DNA from: Phaeosaccion multiseriatum
Taxonomy: Eukaryota > Protista > Ochrophyta, other classes
Direction of reading: 5' to 3'
DNA: 64,000 nt
NCBI GenBank assembly: GCA_965112735.1
Contig: OZ218951.1
Location: 1-64,000 of the forward strand
This document shows positions 60,041 through 64,000 of the stretch, piece after piece (positions within the stretch are counted from its first letter, which is position 1; the number at the start of each line of letters is the position of its first letter). The translations under genes were made by a program, and so were the position numbers. Below the pieces are notes generated by a model. That model did not search any database and was not told the origin of the DNA. It saw only the letters and a program-made list of their open reading frames with translations.

Positions 60041-60762
60041 TACCAGCGAAGACGAGCAGCACGAACCACCGGAAGGAGGAGTCTAGTGAGGAAAGGATAG
60101 GGGGAAGAGGGGTGGAAGGGAAAGGGAAGGGAAGGGCTGGAGGGCTGGAGGCAAGGAGCTAGGAGAGGAAGACGATGCGCGGCTGCAGGGCGACAGCGCT
60201 TCTATTGATGGGCATGGTTGTGTGTCTGCTGATTCTAGTGCTGCCATTGCATGTGGAGGCGAGGTGAGTGGAAGGAGGAGTCTCTGCTGCTGGAGCCGCA
60301 GCAACCACCGTCAGCATGTCTTCGACAATCACATCGTCCTCTTATGCCTCCGTGTTGAGTCGTTCTTGCTCGTCCCTGAACCCTGGCCACTGTCTCGGTC
60401 TTGCCATGTCCTGCCCTCCCGTCTCCCTCTCCCTCCCTGTGCTGCAGGTGGGGACAGGGGGGCTCACAGGCGACGGTGGCCAGGAATAAGGCCACCGCCC
60501 ACGAGCAGGTGCGTAGTGCGCAGCAGGATTATGAGGCAGAGGAGGGGAGTAGGGGGAGAGGAAAGGTGGACGAGGCAGGAGGGGCAGTAGGGAGTGAGGG
60601 AGGAAGAGAGGGGATGGAGAAGGACGAGACAGGGAGAGGGGTTGATGCCCGCTCAATCACTTAGATAGATACGCGGTCTACTGGTGGGCCACCGCACGAG
60701 TAGGCCTTCCATGGCCTAGCCTGAACCCGAACAGCCTGACTGACCCCCAAGTGTCGCAACCT
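59756..60762. repeat. Imperfect inverted repeat (arms ~59756-60018 and ~60456-60762, ~440-bp spacer)
   Basis: Shared reverse-complement blocks: ggctcacaggcgacggtggccaggaataaggccaccgcc, gctcaatcacttagatag, cgcggtctactggtggg, aagtgtcgcaacct. Confidence 0.9.
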
Positions 60763-61532
60763 CTTGCCTAGCCTGACGCCAAGTGTGGCAACCCCTGCTG
60801 GCCTTTGGCTGTAGGTGCGGATTGATGTGCTGGCGGAGCTTGGGGAAGACGCTTCGGAGGCGGACAGACTGCACAGAGAGCGGGTGAGGCACACGGAGCT
60901 GGCAGCAGATGCGTCTCAATGGGGGACTGGGGACTGGCCTCTGCCTCCGTCTACTCTTCCACCGTCCGTAGGCCCTCATTCGACAGAATGAGCGAATCAG
61001 TGCAGCCTCCTATACCCTGAGCAGCGCGCGCCCTCACACCACACACACACACACAAACACACACACATACACACGCAGGAGGTGCTGGCGGAGAGGAAGG
61101 CTTTAGCGATGGAGGCGGAGAGGGCCCGTCTGGAGAGCATTCGAAACGACCCCGTCAGAGAGGGCTACTACGTGCGGGTGAGGACACCCGAAACCTGTGA
61201 TATACCTGCCTGTCTGTCTGCCTATCTGTACGTATGTCGGCATGCCTGCCTTCCTCACGCTCAGTGCTTGTCCCAACCTCTGTCTGCATATGCCTACCTG
61301 CCTTTGACTTGCCCTCTCTGCCCGTCCATGTGCCTGCCTGCTTCCCTCTCTGCCTGTCCATGTGCCTATCCATATGTCTGCCCATATGCCCGCCACAGCT
61401 CATGGCCCTGGCGGGCCTTGCTGTGCTTGCAGGGTGCGCTGTGTACGCCTTCCGAGACGACCTCGGAGAGAGCTTCGACGCCGTGGGGAGAGACAAGGCC
61501 GGAGCCACGTGGACTGCCCCGGAAGGGGGCAA

Positions 61533-61569
<37 letters not shown>

Positions 61570-61599
61570 GGTAGTGACGGCAGCAAGAAGGAGAAGTGA
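60316..61599 (+). CDS. Small multi-exon protein with C-terminal transmembrane helix
   Basis: Exons ~60448-60508 (GSQATVARNKATAHEQ), ~60815-60883 (VRIDVLAELGEDASEADRLHRER), ~61079-61171, ~61399-61599 (LMALAGLAVLAGCAVYAFRDDL...). Start is uncertain. Confidence 0.55.
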
Positions 61600-61710
61600 C
61601 AGGCAAAGACACTGAGTCGACTAGGCGTGATATGTGAGCATAACAAACGATTCATATTACATCAAGTTGAAGTCAACATAGGCGCTGCTGTGCTGCTGCC
61701 GCCCTTACCT

Positions 61711-62186
61711 ACCCTACTGTCGAGGATGCTAGAAAGAAGGGTGTTCACCTCCCTCCTCTGTCCTCCTTATGCTATGCTACGCAAATTGCTTCATCGTACT
61801 CTCTAACCCTACTGTCGAGGATGCTAGAAAGAAGGGTGTTCCCCTCCCTCCTCTGTCCTCCTTATGCTATGCTACGCAAAGTGCTTCATCGTACTCTCTA
61901 ACCCTACTGTCGAGGATGCTAGAAAGAAGGGTGTTCCCCTCCCTCCTCTGTCCTCCTTATGCTATGCTACGCAAAGTGCTTCATCGTACTCTCTAACCCT
62001 ACTGTCGAGGATGCTAGAAAGAAGGGTGTTCCCCTCCCTCCTCTGTCCTCCTTATGCTATGCTACGCAAAGTGCTTCATCGTACTCTCTAACCCTACTGT
62101 CGAGGATGCTAGAAAGAAGGGTGTTCCCCTCCCTCCTCTGTCCTCCTTGTGCTATGTTACACAGAGCGCTTGCTATCGCACTCTCT
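61711..62186. repeat. 95-bp minisatellite, ~5 copies
   Basis: Unit accctactgtcgaggatgctagaaagaagggtgttcccctccctcctctgtcctccttatgctatgctacgcaaagtgcttcatcgtactctcta starting at 61711, 61806, 61901, 61996, 62091. Confidence 0.95.
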
Positions 62187-62239
62187 AAGGCGCTACCCAG
62201 GCCGTCCTGCCCGGCCTGTTTGTCTTCCAATCACTCTTC

Positions 62240-64000
62240 CTCACTTCAGGAGCAGCGTCGGACCCTGGCGCTCCATCTCCTTCCTCTCCCGAGCACTGCT
62301 GGCCGGGGCACATGATGACGCTTCCGCACGATGATCCCGCATTGGCAGCGAGGTACTTGGCAGAGCCTGTCGAGAGGAGGAGGGCAGTGAGCATTAGGCG
62401 CAGAAGGGGGACAATTGGGCCGCGCTGGGAAGGGAGACTAGCCTAGCCCGACCCCAGCTTCGGCTCCTGTGGACCGAGCGAGCGAGGGCGATCATCTCGA
62501 GCCCGCCTCGCCTCGCTTCGGTCAAAGGCTCACCTTCCGTACTGTAGCAACCCCTGCACTCCCTTTGGAGGCCGAACATTCCGCACCACAGCCCGTCCAG
62601 GGAGGGCTCTTCATCGAGGCACGAGGTGTCGCAGAACAGCCCCTTCATCTGCTGCTCGAGCTCCATTGACTGCTCCTCAGTCAGGTGCGTCGTATCGCAC
62701 ACGCAGTCCGCATCGGGCACCAGGGGGGCGGTAGTAGCCTCAGGCCCCATAGCTAGTGGGCACCTCCACCTCCACCTCCACTGTCATGGGCGTGGGGAGG
62801 ACGGGGTAGACAGGGACGTCCTCTTCGCCGCACACGTTGAGCTCTCCTGCACAAAAACACACACACACACGCAGGGACAGACAGACGAGGGGAGTGAGAG
62901 CCTGCAAGGGATGGCGAGGTGAGCGACATTCTCGACAGCCACAGTGGTACTCCGCCTAAGGAGTAGCCCTCTGTCGTAAGCTTCAAGTCACGAACGGTTA
63001 CGTACCTGCAGGGGTGTCGGGGTGCTCCGCGACATACTTTGCCGCGCCCTCCTCCGTGTAGCAAGCTCTGCAATTCTTGCCAGCCTCGAAGATGTCGCAG
63101 TGGCTGGAGGGGAGGGGAGACAAGAGGCCAGTCACAAATGCCAGCGGTGAAGGAGCATGAGGATGAGAACACACAAGGGCAGCAGCGAGAAGAGGGGGTG
63201 AGGAGTGGAGACCTTTTCCCCGCCGTCTTCATGGACGCTATTCAGGGCGCTCTGGCAACCGACTGCACTCCCAGTGACTTAATCACTTCCCCTACTCACA
63301 TTCCGCCGAAGGTGGGGTGTCCAGACGTGCACGTGACGTCACACACGAGGCGCTTGTGGTGCTCGTCAAGATACTTCTGGTCGTCCTCCGTCAGGGGGGC
63401 GCAGCAGGGCTTGGTGGGGGCGGGGGTCATAGGGTAAGGCGTCGGCTTCGGTGTCGGTGCCACTGTAGGAGGCGCTGTCCAGGCCTTGGTGGGGGGCAAG
63501 GTGTCTTCCGGGGTAGGAGGTGCTGTCCATGCCTTGGTTGGGGCGGGCGTCGGATGCGGCGTCGGCTTCGGTGTCGGTGCCACTGTAGGAGGTGCTGTCC
63601 AGGCCTTGGTGGGGGGCAAGGTGTCTTCCGGGGTAGGAGGTGCTGTCCAGGCCTTGGTTGGGGCGGGCGTCGGATGCGGCGTCGGCTTCGGTGTCGGTGC
63701 CACTGTAGGAGGTGCTGTCCAGGCCTTGGTGGGGGGCAAGGTGTCTTCCGGGATAGGAGGTGCTGTCCAGGCCTTGGTGGGGGCGGGCGTCGGATGCGGC
63801 GTCGGCTTCGGTGTCGGTGCCACTGTAGGAGGTGCTGTCCAGGCCTTGGTGGGGGGCAAGGTGTCTTCCGGGGTAGGAGGTGCTGTCCAGGCCTTGGTTG
63901 GGGCGGGCGTCGGATGCGGCGTCGGCTTCGGTGTCGGTGCCACTGTAGGAGGTGCTGTCCAGGCCTTGGTGGGGGGCAAGGTGTCTTCCGGGGTAGGAGG
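62240..64000 (-). CDS. Partial (5' end outside window) Pro/Thr-repeat, Cys-rich protein, probably secreted or cell-surface
   Basis: 40-aa PT-rich repeats followed by two Cys-rich units (CDVTC...CDIFEAGKNCRACYTEE; CDTSC...CGMFGLQRECRGCYSTE) on separate exons. 3' end is uncertain. Confidence 0.7.
63440..64000. repeat. Coding 120-bp tandem repeat (at least 4.6 copies)
   Basis: Sequence lines repeat every 120 nt; encodes PPTPEDTLPPTKAWTAPPTVAPTPKPTPHPTPAPTKAWTA. Confidence 0.95.

Noticed and set aside
46478-64000. A biosynthetic gene cluster around the PKS
   Set aside because: No recognisable tailoring enzyme, PPTase, trans-AT or transporter among the neighbouring genes.

Overview
Left end of a eukaryotic chromosome, probably an alga or protist (inferred from TTAGGG telomere repeats, GT-AG introns with GAGG/GTAG microsatellites, and a possible bipartite plastid-targeting leader). 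1-4352 is telomeric: CCCTAA units flank a ~4.1-kb (CCTGG)n tract that is probably miscalled telomere. 4348-17133 is a ~300-copy 42-bp hairpin-rich satellite. It is interrupted at 9606-9911 by a 306-bp fold-back insert with a TTAGGG tail, flanked by GTTCT direct repeats. 17326-43586 (- strand) holds the main finding: one 13-exon gene that I spliced by hand into a continuous 23,757-nt frame (~7,918 aa). It encodes a modular type I PKS: FAAL-ACP / KS-ACP / KS-AT-DH-ER-KR-ACP / KS-AT-DH-ER-KR-ACP / KS-AT-(KR remnant)-ACP. This is followed by a multi-pass membrane Pls/TIGR02353-like domain and then a thioester reductase. 46.5-64 kb holds intron-rich hypothetical genes: a possibly plastid-targeted protein, a coiled-coil protein, a head-to-head paralogue pair on an inverted duplication, and a partial Pro/Thr-repeat Cys-rich protein. 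A 95-bp minisatellite also lies there. All family assignments come from motifs read by eye; no searches were run.
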